Both the position numbers and the translations under genes were made by a program. Positions 10,189 to 19,858 of a DNA stretch of 64,000 bases are shown piece by piece. The notes beneath the pieces are model-generated. The model was not told the origin of the DNA. It saw nothing but the letters and a program-made list of their open reading frames with translations, and made no database searches. Each line of letters opens with the position of its first letter. The stretch's first letter is position 1. The DNA is from Nitrospinae bacterium CG11_big_fil_rev_8_21_14_0_20_45_15 (GTDB taxonomy: Bacteria > Nitrospinota > Nitrospinia > Nitrospinales > VA-1): positions 13,680 through 77,679 of the forward strand of contig PCWG01000010.1 of assembly GCA_002787235.1 (NCBI GenBank), read 5' to 3'.

Positions 10189-10336
10189 ACAGGAATTTGT
10201 TCAAATCACAAACAATCCGCAAGGCGATCGGACAAACCCGTTGACACACTCATTTTGACTTCGTGAGCAGATACAGGTTTTAAATTTTATAATGGTGAAA
10301 ATGCTGGTGTGAAAAGTTTGTTAACAGGTGGGAGAA

Positions 10337-11311
10337 TTATTCTTTGAGAAGATCCAATGTCAAACCCTCACGCGCAAGAAACATGTCCAAATTTGACTGA
10401 GCTCCCACAAGCTTGAGATATTTCCTGCTTCGATCTAAAATCTCAACCAACTTGAAATCGTCGTACGTCGGCTCATGATGAAAAAAAGCGATGCTCTTCA
10501 CATTGGCTTCCACAGCCAAATCAATTCCGATGAATGTTGAACTGTGCCCCCAATCGGTCTTTTCCAGGCCTTCACTGAAAGTGTACATCGCATCGAAGAT
10601 CAGCAAATCTGCATCGCGGAAAAAATCGATAGCCGGTTGCAAATCATTCTGCCCTAATTTCTTGTACTCCGAGTCGGTCGCATAAATGAGTACTTTGCCC
10701 TTGTATTCAATCCGCCAGGCAAAACACTTGCCTGGATGATACATCAGCTTGTTCGTCACTTTTGCATTGGCAATTTCGCATTCAACGCCGTCCTCTATGC
10801 ATTTAAAATCGATTGAAGAGGCAAAGGCCTTGAAAGGAACCGGGAAGAAACGACTGTTCTGATGATCTTCCAGACGGGTATGCATGTCTTCATAGCCCGA
10901 ATAAAATGTAAACTCATTTCCCGGAATATAGAAAGGAACAAAAAAAGGAATTCCTAAAATATGATCGTAATGCGTGTGCGAAAAAATGATACTTGCCTTG
11001 CCTTGACCCCGCCCAAACTCTTTCCCCATCCATTCCAGACCCAAAGGACGAATTCCAGAGCCGCAATCGAAAACTAAATGCTCGCCCCCAATCTCAACCT
11101 CGATACAGGAAGAGTTGCCGCCAAAGCAACCACCAATTTCAGGAGGCAAACCCTCCACAAAATTTTGAATGCTTGCCTTATCTTTTATATCTTCCGGACT
11201 TGCCTGCTCTAGTGCCCGAATCAATTTATCTTGAATTTGTGCGGTTGACAGAGGTGTGGGAATAGAACCACGTACCCCCCAAAACTTCACACTAAAGCGA
11301 TCATTTTCCAT
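10337..11311 (-). CDS. MBL-fold metallo-hydrolase
   Basis: 324 aa. FWGVRGSIPTP N-terminus and the HxHxDH motif (SHTHYDH). Confidence 0.8.
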   Translation of the reverse strand: MENDRFSVKFWGVRGSIPTPLSTAQIQDKLIRALEQASPEDIKDKASIQNFVEGLPPEIGGCFGGNSSCIEVEIGGEHLVFDCGSGIRPLGLEWMGKEFGRGQGKASIIFSHTHYDHILGIPFFVPFYIPGNEFTFYSGYEDMHTRLEDHQNSRFFPVPFKAFASSIDFKCIEDGVECEIANAKVTNKLMYHPGKCFAWRIEYKGKVLIYATDSEYKKLGQNDLQPAIDFFRDADLLIFDAMYTFSEGLEKTDWGHSSTFIGIDLAVEANVKSIAFFHHEPTYDDFKLVEILDRSRKYLKLVGAQSNLDMFLAREGLTLDLLKE

Positions 11312-11533
11312 AAACTATTAATAAGGTAAGGTGGGGAAGAATGGTTGGATCATTTGCAAAGTAATCGAATCTACTATCACAAATTCTGAAAACAACCCGC
11401 ACACTTCCGTGTCAAATTTAAGTAACAGGATAATGGAAAACCCCTTATCCGTCAATCTGTTGTTAAAGTTTCACCCTGAAACCGAGAAGCTTGAAAATAA
11501 TTGCCGACTTCATCTTACACGGGCAAACAGTTT

Positions 11534-11734
11534 TCATTCTCTCATATCGACATATTGCGCGCCCTGCATTAGCTCCCTCTCCATTTCCCGCTCGTTTATA
11601 AGCTGATTGAGAATTTCTTTTTCATCCAATTCCTTTTGGAACTCTTCATATTCTTCATGCACATCAAACTCTGCAATCGTGCGGTTACCCTCTTGTTCAA
11701 AAAGTAATAAATATCTAAACACTCGTTTTACCAC
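11534..11734 (-). CDS. Small acidic hypothetical protein
   Basis: 66 aa. GTG start preceded by GGAGAT about 8 nt upstream. Glu-rich helical sequence with no recognisable family. Confidence 0.4.
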   Translation of the reverse strand: MVKRVFRYLLLFEQEGNRTIAEFDVHEEYEEFQKELDEKEILNQLINEREMERELMQGAQYVDMRE

Positions 11735-11838
11735 AATAATATCTCCAAAAAATTATTAACCCATTCAGTGTCAAACATGATAAACCGAACTATCAGATAA
11801 CTTCTAATACTTTTCACCGTAAATCAAACAAGGTCACA

Positions 11839-12822
11839 ATGAATTATAGAAAATTTCCTCTCAGCGGCTGGCAAGTTTCAGAAATCGGTCTCGGAACATG
11901 GCAACTGGGAGCAGATTGGGGCATGGTGGAAGAACCCGTCGCTAACAATATTCTTGAAGCATCTCTCGCCGCCGGAATAAATTTTTTCGATACCGCCGAT
12001 GTCTATGGATTGGGGTTGAGCGAAATAAGAATCCGCAATTTTCTGAAAAATCACAAAGATACCGTCTACGTCGCCACCAAGCTCGGCCGGTTCCCGAAAC
12101 CCGGCTGGCCTGAAAACTTTTCCCTCGAAGCCTTTCGAACCCATACAGAAAATTCTCTGCGCCGCCTGGGAGTCGAAGCCCTGGATTTGACACAGGTGCA
12201 TTGTCTGCCCACAGAAGTCCTCCAAAATGGAGAGGTCTTCGACTGGTTGCGCGAACTCAAACGCGAGGGGAAAATCAAACAGTTTGGATTCAGCGTGGAA
12301 TCCATGGAGGAAGCCGAACTCTGCCTGCAACAGGAAGGCGTTGCATCCCTGCAAATCATCTTCAACATTCTCAGACAAAAACCCGCCACCCTTCTGTTCG
12401 ACAAGGCCATGCAAAAAGGCGTTGCCCTGATCGTTCGATTGCCACTGGCTTCGGGCCTGCTATCAGGAAAAATGAACTCAGCATCAAAATTCCCCAAAGA
12501 CGATCATCGCAACTACAACCGCGACGGACAACAGTTCAATGTAGGTGAAACATTTGCGGGCCTGCCCTTCAAAAAGGGCGTTGAACTGACCACCGAATTG
12601 CAATCACTGCTTCCAGAAGGCATGACACTCTCGCAGATGGCGATGCGATGGATTCTCGATCACCCCGCTGTCACCGTTGCCATTCCCGGCGCAACTCAAC
12701 CTGAACAGGTCCGCTCCAATGCCAGTGCTTCCGATTTACCTCGGCTTGACGACGCTCTTTTGAAGAAGCTGGAACATTTCTATCAGGAAAAAGTACATTC
12801 TCATATTCGCGGAAAATATTGA
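11839..12822 (+). CDS. Aldo/keto reductase
   Basis: 327 aa. N-terminal GLGTWQLG, FFDTADVYG and C-terminal IPGATQPEQV motifs typical of the AKR family. Confidence 0.9.
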   Translation: MNYRKFPLSGWQVSEIGLGTWQLGADWGMVEEPVANNILEASLAAGINFFDTADVYGLGLSEIRIRNFLKNHKDTVYVATKLGRFPKPGWPENFSLEAFRTHTENSLRRLGVEALDLTQVHCLPTEVLQNGEVFDWLRELKREGKIKQFGFSVESMEEAELCLQQEGVASLQIIFNILRQKPATLLFDKAMQKGVALIVRLPLASGLLSGKMNSASKFPKDDHRNYNRDGQQFNVGETFAGLPFKKGVELTTELQSLLPEGMTLSQMAMRWILDHPAVTVAIPGATQPEQVRSNASASDLPRLDDALLKKLEHFYQEKVHSHIRGKY

Positions 12823-12827
12823 CCGGT

Positions 12828-13478
12828 CTATTTAAATTCCCAGGAGAATTCACCTAATTCAGGACTTGCGATGACAGCGACATCTCGCGACTTCAATATG
12901 CCCACACCTGCAGGGGTTCCTGTGTAAATCAGATCACCGGGGCGAAGGTGCCACACACCGCTCAAGAAATTTACCAATTTGGGGAGAGAAAAAATCATCT
13001 CTCTGGTGTTGCCTTTTTGCCGCAGACTCCCATTTACGGAACAGGAAAAATCCAGATGTTGCGGATCGTTGACCTCATTCAAAGAAACGAATTCTCCCAA
13101 GGGCGCGCTTTGCTCAAAAGCCTTGGACAACTCCCAGGGATGGCCGTTTTTTTTGAGATTTGCCTGAACGTCTCGCAAGGTCAAATCCAGTCCTAACGTA
13201 ACCGCATCGATATGATTGAGTGCTTCCGATTCGGGGATATCTTCCCCCGCTGTTCCCACGCGGAAAACAACTTCCACCTCATGATGCAATAGAAATCCGT
13301 GCCGAGGAATTTTCACCTTTTCCCCAGGCGCAACCAACGATGTCCAGGGCTTCATGAAGACAACCGGCTCTTCAGGAACGGCTCCGGAAAGTTCCTTGAT
13401 ATGCTCCGAGTAGTTTTTTCCAATGCAAAAAATCCGACCAAAAGAAGAGACCTTGTCTGAGTTAATGGGTGTATTCAT
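12828..13478 (-). CDS. Fumarylacetoacetate hydrolase (FAH) family protein
   Basis: 216 aa. IFCIGKNY, HHEVEV and GDLIYTGTPAGVG motifs characteristic of FAH-fold hydratases/isomerases. Confidence 0.85.
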   Translation of the reverse strand: MNTPINSDKVSSFGRIFCIGKNYSEHIKELSGAVPEEPVVFMKPWTSLVAPGEKVKIPRHGFLLHHEVEVVFRVGTAGEDIPESEALNHIDAVTLGLDLTLRDVQANLKKNGHPWELSKAFEQSAPLGEFVSLNEVNDPQHLDFSCSVNGSLRQKGNTREMIFSLPKLVNFLSGVWHLRPGDLIYTGTPAGVGILKSRDVAVIASPELGEFSWEFK

Positions 13479-14242
13479 TTCGCACCGACCTTTAAATTAA
13501 AATAACGGGCAATTGCGCCATACTGTTCCTGCCTGAAACCTGGCAGAGCAGGCCCTGAATCCGTTTCAGCATAAATCCGATCGATCCGTGCAAGAATTTT
13601 TTCATTCAACGAAGACAGAATGCCATTTTCCAGACCTTCGACATCAATTTTTAAAATATCAATTCTGTCATGGCGAGAAAGAATTTTTTCCAGAATGCTG
13701 ACAGCACTTTGAACAGAAACTTCCAGACACTGACCTTCTCCAGAGTCTTGCAGACGACCGTAACGTCCCGTCGGTTCAAATTGAAAAGATGCCGTTCCAT
13801 CTGACAAACCGACGGCAGATTCTTTCAGTTCCCAGCGACCGTTGAAATCCTGCAAATTTTCTTTGAGTCGAACAATATTCTGCGGCAAAGGTTCGTATAA
13901 GTACGTCTTCACCCCATCCCCCCGGGTCAGAAAATAAAGCGCACTCAAACCAATATTGGAACCAAAATCCACCGCGCAAGTAATCGTTTTGGGAGCACGA
14001 TAATCCAATTTCCCAAAACACTCGACCAGCGTAATGATGTCTGCGAAATCGTAGACCCTTGCCGTATGCCGGCCTATAGGTGTTTTCACAGTAAGATCGG
14101 CGGGATATTCACCCTGCCCCAATACGTATCGTTTCAATATTTGAACAGGATCTTTAAAATTTCTAAAAATATTGAAAAACGCAATGTAAAAAGGTTTTTT
14201 GAATAATGCGGAAAAAAAATTTACTAGAGAATGATGGCACAT
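13475..14242 (-). CDS. FkbM family methyltransferase
   Basis: 255 aa. VDFGSNIGLSALYF (SAM-binding) and IDILKIDVEGLE motifs. Overlaps the downstream FAH gene by 4 bp. Confidence 0.8.
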   Translation of the reverse strand: MCHHSLVNFFSALFKKPFYIAFFNIFRNFKDPVQILKRYVLGQGEYPADLTVKTPIGRHTARVYDFADIITLVECFGKLDYRAPKTITCAVDFGSNIGLSALYFLTRGDGVKTYLYEPLPQNIVRLKENLQDFNGRWELKESAVGLSDGTASFQFEPTGRYGRLQDSGEGQCLEVSVQSAVSILEKILSRHDRIDILKIDVEGLENGILSSLNEKILARIDRIYAETDSGPALPGFRQEQYGAIARYFNLKVGAK

Positions 14243-14380
14243 AGATCGATAAAATTGATTCTTAAGTGAATGGATATAAATTCAAACGCGGTTTGAGGAG
14301 AGCGAACTCATCAGCTCCACACCCGACCTGCCCTGATATTTTTAAAACTTCCCATCTTAAAAAACGTTCTCAAAAATTTA

Positions 14381-16366
14381 TTAAGAGGTTACCGTTTCAA
14401 GCTCTGATTGCCTTAAAAAATTGCGCACATCCTCCATGGATTCTGTGAGCTTGCAATTCGGCAAAGACGCAATGAATTTTTTACCATAACCTCGATGCGC
14501 GATTCTTGAATCAAGAATTGCCACCACTCCCGAATCGGTTTTTTTACGGATCAATCTTCCAAAACCCTGCTTCAATTGAAGGATCGCTCTGGGAACCTGA
14601 TATTGTGAAAAAGGGTCGATGGAGCGACGCTTCAAATCCTCCATACGTGCTTCTGTCAACGGCTCTCCCGGTGGATCAAAGGGGAGCTTGGCGATGATAA
14701 CAAGGCGCAAGGCATCGCCGGGAATATCCACACCCTGCCAAAAAGTAGAAGTCCCGAAAATAATGGATGGCGTGGCTTTGAATCGTTCGATCATTTCATT
14801 ACGCTGTAGCGCATCACCCTGTTTCAGCAAACGGTATTTTGTGGACAGTGATTCCATTTTCTCATAGATGCGGTTCAGCAAATTGTAGCTCGTAAAAAGT
14901 ATGAAAGCGCGTCCTCCAGAAGCTTCCACCAGTTCCCGCGAGCGGTTGGCAATCGCCGTCACATATTCCTCAATTTCAGCCGAAGGTTCTGGCAAATCTG
15001 CGGGCGCATACAACAGGGCTTGTTCTGCATAGTTGAAAGGGGAATCCAGAGAGATTTCTTCCGCTGGTTCAAAGCCGATGCGTTCCTTGATAAAATCAAA
15101 CTTGTTGTTTGTCGTCAACGTAGCGGATGTCAAAATAATGCGTTCGGTTTGTTCATAAACCTGTTTTTTCAATTCCTCGGCGACATTAATAGGAAGCCCG
15201 TTCAGGACAACTCTGCGGAATCTTTTTTTATCCGCAATTTCCAGAGAGTAGACATAGTTTTCGACATTGTGCCGCAACAGAGCTGTCAGCGCATTGTTGA
15301 ACTCAAAACAACGTGATGCCGCCCATGCAAATTCGACGCTCTCTTCTTCGGAGCCCGCCAGTGCTTCTAATTCCTTCAAAGACTCACGCAATTCTTCGAG
15401 CGGAACGTACAATGGATTTTCAACAGGCGGGGGTTTGTACAAGCGCACTGTGCGTGCGTCTTTGCCATAGGCTTCCAGAATTTTTTCAAAGAAATTCTCG
15501 CCTGCCCGTCGCGTTTTGAGTACCAAATCAATGGCCGGTTGTGAAAAATGCCGATCTGCCCGCGTTAACAAACCCTTCTTGGTTCGTGCGTTGAATAACC
15601 TGTCCAGCAAATAAAATAAACCCGAGTTCGATATTTCTATCCCAAGAAACGACGTTGCCGCCTCTTCGATATTTTGCGCTTCATCGAAAACCACCGCATC
15701 AAACCGGGGCAAAACTCCCCCGCCACCGGCAACATTTGCAAAAAACAGATGATGGTTCACGATCAGTAAATGCGATCCAAACCAGCGTTTGCGCTCCTTG
15801 AAATAAAAACACTCTTTATAAGTTTCGCAATTTTTTCCCAGACACAAATCTCGTTGTCTCCCCACTTCTTCCCAAACGATGGGCGAAGGCGAAAACTCCA
15901 ACTCTTCCTTGACTCCAGTCGCTGTCACATCCGACCATTCAAAGATTTCCGCCATCTGGTTTTCCAATGCGGGATCGGTGAACAGTCCCGCCTGAGACGA
16001 TCGTTTCAATCTTCTCAGGGAAAGGTAATTTTCGTGCCCCAGACAAATGGAGTAACGAAACGACAATCCAAGATATTGACGTAGAAGCGGGATATCGTGA
16101 TGCAGGATTTGATGCTGAAGAGTTTTGGTGTAAGTCGAAATAACCACGCGCCGATCATTTTCTACAGCCCACAATACAGCCGGGATCAGATAGGCCAGAC
16201 TTTTTCCAGTACCCGTTCCCGCCTCTACCATCAAATGCTTTCCATCAGCCAGCGAACGTGACACCGCGCTGGCCATATCCATTTGCTGTGAACGATATTC
16301 GAACCCTGGCATCCCTCCTGCCGCTATGCCCCCAATGCCCAGATAATTTTCGATTTCAGAGTTCAT
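14381..16366 (-). CDS. dinG: ATP-dependent DNA helicase, DinG/XPD (Rad3) family
   Basis: 661 aa. Walker A EAGTGTGKSLAYL, DEAQ box (FDEAQNIE), and a Cys cluster (CLGKNCETYKEC) consistent with the Fe-S domain. Confidence 0.85.
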   Translation of the reverse strand: MNSEIENYLGIGGIAAGGMPGFEYRSQQMDMASAVSRSLADGKHLMVEAGTGTGKSLAYLIPAVLWAVENDRRVVISTYTKTLQHQILHHDIPLLRQYLGLSFRYSICLGHENYLSLRRLKRSSQAGLFTDPALENQMAEIFEWSDVTATGVKEELEFSPSPIVWEEVGRQRDLCLGKNCETYKECFYFKERKRWFGSHLLIVNHHLFFANVAGGGGVLPRFDAVVFDEAQNIEEAATSFLGIEISNSGLFYLLDRLFNARTKKGLLTRADRHFSQPAIDLVLKTRRAGENFFEKILEAYGKDARTVRLYKPPPVENPLYVPLEELRESLKELEALAGSEEESVEFAWAASRCFEFNNALTALLRHNVENYVYSLEIADKKRFRRVVLNGLPINVAEELKKQVYEQTERIILTSATLTTNNKFDFIKERIGFEPAEEISLDSPFNYAEQALLYAPADLPEPSAEIEEYVTAIANRSRELVEASGGRAFILFTSYNLLNRIYEKMESLSTKYRLLKQGDALQRNEMIERFKATPSIIFGTSTFWQGVDIPGDALRLVIIAKLPFDPPGEPLTEARMEDLKRRSIDPFSQYQVPRAILQLKQGFGRLIRKKTDSGVVAILDSRIAHRGYGKKFIASLPNCKLTESMEDVRNFLRQSELETVTS

Positions 16367-16516
16367 TCGAGTTATGGTACGGGGTCACCATGCGCAGGTA
16401 AAGCGATTTCTTACCGCTTGCTTTAGAAAGGGGAAAAGGGGCGAATGTCTGGTGAACAGACTCAGGCACGGGAAGTAAATAACGACTTTTGAGTCGAAGC
16501 TGATTCTGAGATATTT

Positions 16517-17527
16517 TTATTTGAATTCTTCGGGTACACCGACGCGGAACGCGTTCTGATCCAGCTTGCGATAGAGCGTTTTGTAGTGCGTCTCCAGTTT
16601 TTTTGCATTTCTCAATTCCAATGATCTGCCTGCATTCGTACTGTTTGCCTTAGAGGAAGATTGTCGAATCCTCTGCTTGAAATAGTCAAAACGTCGCTTC
16701 CACCAATCTCCGGGCCGGTCGCCATATTCCATTTCTCCTTCAATGGTAAGCGGTCGCAAAACCAGGCGGGCGTGAATCTGATCAATTTCAAACTTAAAAT
16801 TGCTGAGAAAAGACATCCCCAGCAAACCATCTATATCTTGTCCCATATCCATGGGATTGATCGCTGTTTCAACCAGACTCGCACTCGCCCCTTCAACGGC
16901 TACCGAGTCCAGAGCAATGAGCGGCATTTCCACCATCCCACCTGCGGTCGAAAAGGTGATCTTCGGGGCATCCATATAATTCAAACCCAACCTGCTAGCG
17001 GCATTCTGACTCAATGTAATCATGGAAGCACCGGTATCGAGCAATAACCGGGCCTTGCCTCTTCCATTGATAACCACCTCAACAAAAAAGTGATTTTCAC
17101 TTCCTGCCATTAAAGGAATTTGAAATTCCTTTTTCTGTACGGGCCTGGTTTTTTCAGAAAAAACAGGAGCAGGTTTGCTGGAGAAGGTCTTGACTCTGCC
17201 GTTTTCTTGTCGAAATTGAGGCGGGATATTCATTGCATTATCGGTCACATGCAATTGTCCCTTCTCGTCTTTCCAGGAAAACAAGGTGGCATGAGCCACA
17301 TCCACAAAAAAGAAAACACCAAGGAGGCAGATGCCAAGAAGTGACCTCAGCGCAGGCAAGCCGTTCACACCAATTCGAATCATGCCATGATTTTTAACTT
17401 TATTTTTCACAGGAACCACGAAAGTATTGGCACAACCGACCATTTTTTTGTGCGCTTGCCAAGAAAGTATCCGGTCTGGACTTAATCCGACACCCTCCCC
17501 GATATCTTCGCCAAAAGCCAGCAACAC
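16517..17527 (-). CDS. Retropepsin-like (clan AA) aspartic protease with an N-terminal DUF4124-like module
   Basis: Catalytic LLLDTGASMITLS motif and a DUF4124-like FSWKDEKGQLHVTDN segment. The signal/anchor sequence begins at the internal ATG at 17383 (MIRIGVNGL...VAHA). The track start is GTG at 17527, 3 nt after the ftsK stop. Confidence 0.7.
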   Translation of the reverse strand: MLLAFGEDIGEGVGLSPDRILSWQAHKKMVGCANTFVVPVKNKVKNHGMIRIGVNGLPALRSLLGICLLGVFFFVDVAHATLFSWKDEKGQLHVTDNAMNIPPQFRQENGRVKTFSSKPAPVFSEKTRPVQKKEFQIPLMAGSENHFFVEVVINGRGKARLLLDTGASMITLSQNAASRLGLNYMDAPKITFSTAGGMVEMPLIALDSVAVEGASASLVETAINPMDMGQDIDGLLGMSFLSNFKFEIDQIHARLVLRPLTIEGEMEYGDRPGDWWKRRFDYFKQRIRQSSSKANSTNAGRSLELRNAKKLETHYKTLYRKLDQNAFRVGVPEEFK

Positions 17528-17530
17528 AAG

Positions 17531-19858
17531 CTAATCAACCACGATGGGCGTTACGTAAATTTCTCGGGGTCGAACACCGTCTGAAGGACCCACAACACCT
17601 TCGCGCTCCATCGTTTCAATGATGCGCGCGGCTCGGTTATATCCTATGCGCAGACGCCTTTGGATATAGGAGATGGAAGCCTGTCGATCCTTCGCAACGA
17701 TCTCAAGAGCCTCGTCGTATTTCTCATCGTATTCATCTTCGCCTCCCCCTTCAACATCTTTGCTATCTCCAGAAATTTCCTGAAAGAGTTCCTCGGAGAA
17801 TTCCGGCTTGCCCTGCTTCTTGATAAAATCAATGATACGATTGATTTCTTCGTCACTCAACATGGCTCCATGCGCTCTTAGCAAACGGTTGGTTCCCGGA
17901 GGTAAAAACAACATATCCCCACGTCCCAATAATTTTTCGGCTCCCATAGAATCCAGAATCGTTCGCGAATCGACACGCGATGTCACTTTATAGGAAATTC
18001 GTGACGGGAAGTTGGCTTTGATGATACCTGTTAAAACATCGACCGATGGACGCTGAGTCGCAAGAATCAAATGAATTCCCGAAGCGCGCGCCATTTGCGC
18101 CAGTCGGATCAATGCGTCCTCAACTCCTTTTGATGCCACCATCATGAGGTCCGCCAACTCGTCGATGACCACAACAAGGAAAGGCAATTTCTTGGGCGGT
18201 TCTGGCAAAATCTCTAACTCTTCCAGATCATCCCCGTCCTCTGCCACAATGGTTTTTTGGCGTAACTTTTCTTCTTTTTCAAATTTCTTCTTTGCTTCTT
18301 CGTATTCCTTTTGCAGTTTTTCGATTCGCTTGTTATATCCACTCAGATTACGAACACCGCATTCTGCCATCAATTTATACCGGCTTTCCATTTCTGTAAC
18401 CGCCCATTGCAGAGCCGCCGCGGCTTTTTTGGGATTGGTCACCACCGGGGATATCAGATGAGGAATGCCATCAAAAATAGAAAGTTCCAGCATCTTGGGA
18501 TCCACCATGATGAATTTCACTTCATCCGGCGAAGCGTTCAAAAGTATGGAGCAGATCATCGCGTTCAAGCCCACGCTTTTTCCCGAACCCGTCGAACCGG
18601 CAAGGAGCAAATGCGGCACTTTCGCCAGATCCTGAATCATCGGCTCACCAAAGCTGTCTTTACCGATCACCATCGTTAATTTGGATTCTGATTCTGCAAA
18701 TTCCTGCGAAGAAATGACATCTTTAAAATAAATCGTCTCTCGTTTTAAATTCGGTACTTCAATCCCGACCACTGGCTTGCCCGGAACAGGTGCGAGGATT
18801 CTCAAACTCATCGCACGCATTGCCAGAGCCAGGTCATCGGCCAAAGACACGATGCGACTGACTTTGATGCCCGGTGCGGGCTCGTATTCGTACAAGGTGA
18901 TGAGGGGTCCCGGCAAAACCTGAACCACTTTTCCTTCGACACCAAAATCCCGAAGTTTCTTTTCCAGAATGGCCGCACCTGCAAGGATTTCATCGTTGGC
19001 CTGCTCGTTGTGAACTGGGGGGGGCGGATCGTCCAACAAAGAAAGCGGAGGCACTTTGTAAACTCCCAATTCAGCGACAAAATCAAAATCTTCCTGAACC
19101 ACAAAATCGGCAGGAGCTTCTTTCTTTTTACTTTTGCTGACGTCAATAAAAGGAAGCGGTTCCGGTTTTGGCTTGCGCAATACGATGAGAGGTTCGGGCA
19201 GAGGTCGTTTTTCTTTCTTGGGCTCGATGCGCGTTTTTTTCAATGCCTTTACCAGACGAATGACTTGTTGTTTGAGGACAAGACACGCATTCCGAATCCT
19301 GTTCGCTCCCCACAACACAAACTTTCCCAGACTTTCAAGGGATTGATTCACAGATTTTCCAGTCATCGCCAACAAACAAATCGCGATTGCCGTCACCAGA
19401 AACAGAGTTGCACCGACCTGACTCAGCCATGAAATCAGAAAATCTCCAAACACACTTCCAGCCATGCCCCCCGCCGGAACATTCTCGCCAAAAAAAGGAT
19501 CTTCATAATAATGAATGGAGATCAAGGCGCAAACCGTCCCCAAAAATGCAATGCCCGGAACCGGTGCCATTTTCCAGGAACCATTTTGTGGACCTCGAAT
19601 TAGAGACCATCCAAAAATAAAGGTGATCATTGGAAAGAAAAAAGCCCCGCTCCCAAAAGCCTGAGCCAATCCATCGGAAACATAGGAGCCCACAATACCG
19701 CCTGAATTGAGAGCGTCCACAGATTCAGAAAAACCCTTGTTGAACGAAGGGTCTTTGGGCGACCATGTCATCATGGCAATCATGATATACAAGGTGAGTG
19801 CGATGAAAACGATGCCAAAAAAATCGCGGGCAGTGCTATGGTTCGTTTGTTCAGCCAT
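17531..19858 (-). CDS. ftsK: DNA translocase FtsK
   Basis: 775 aa. N-terminal TM helices, a linker, a motor with Walker A GSTGSGKSVG and Walker B VVVIDELADLM, and a C-terminal winged-helix gamma domain (ISYIQRRLRIGYNRAARI). Confidence 0.95.
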   Translation of the reverse strand: MAEQTNHSTARDFFGIVFIALTLYIMIAMMTWSPKDPSFNKGFSESVDALNSGGIVGSYVSDGLAQAFGSGAFFFPMITFIFGWSLIRGPQNGSWKMAPVPGIAFLGTVCALISIHYYEDPFFGENVPAGGMAGSVFGDFLISWLSQVGATLFLVTAIAICLLAMTGKSVNQSLESLGKFVLWGANRIRNACLVLKQQVIRLVKALKKTRIEPKKEKRPLPEPLIVLRKPKPEPLPFIDVSKSKKKEAPADFVVQEDFDFVAELGVYKVPPLSLLDDPPPPVHNEQANDEILAGAAILEKKLRDFGVEGKVVQVLPGPLITLYEYEPAPGIKVSRIVSLADDLALAMRAMSLRILAPVPGKPVVGIEVPNLKRETIYFKDVISSQEFAESESKLTMVIGKDSFGEPMIQDLAKVPHLLLAGSTGSGKSVGLNAMICSILLNASPDEVKFIMVDPKMLELSIFDGIPHLISPVVTNPKKAAAALQWAVTEMESRYKLMAECGVRNLSGYNKRIEKLQKEYEEAKKKFEKEEKLRQKTIVAEDGDDLEELEILPEPPKKLPFLVVVIDELADLMMVASKGVEDALIRLAQMARASGIHLILATQRPSVDVLTGIIKANFPSRISYKVTSRVDSRTILDSMGAEKLLGRGDMLFLPPGTNRLLRAHGAMLSDEEINRIIDFIKKQGKPEFSEELFQEISGDSKDVEGGGEDEYDEKYDEALEIVAKDRQASISYIQRRLRIGYNRAARIIETMEREGVVGPSDGVRPREIYVTPIVVD

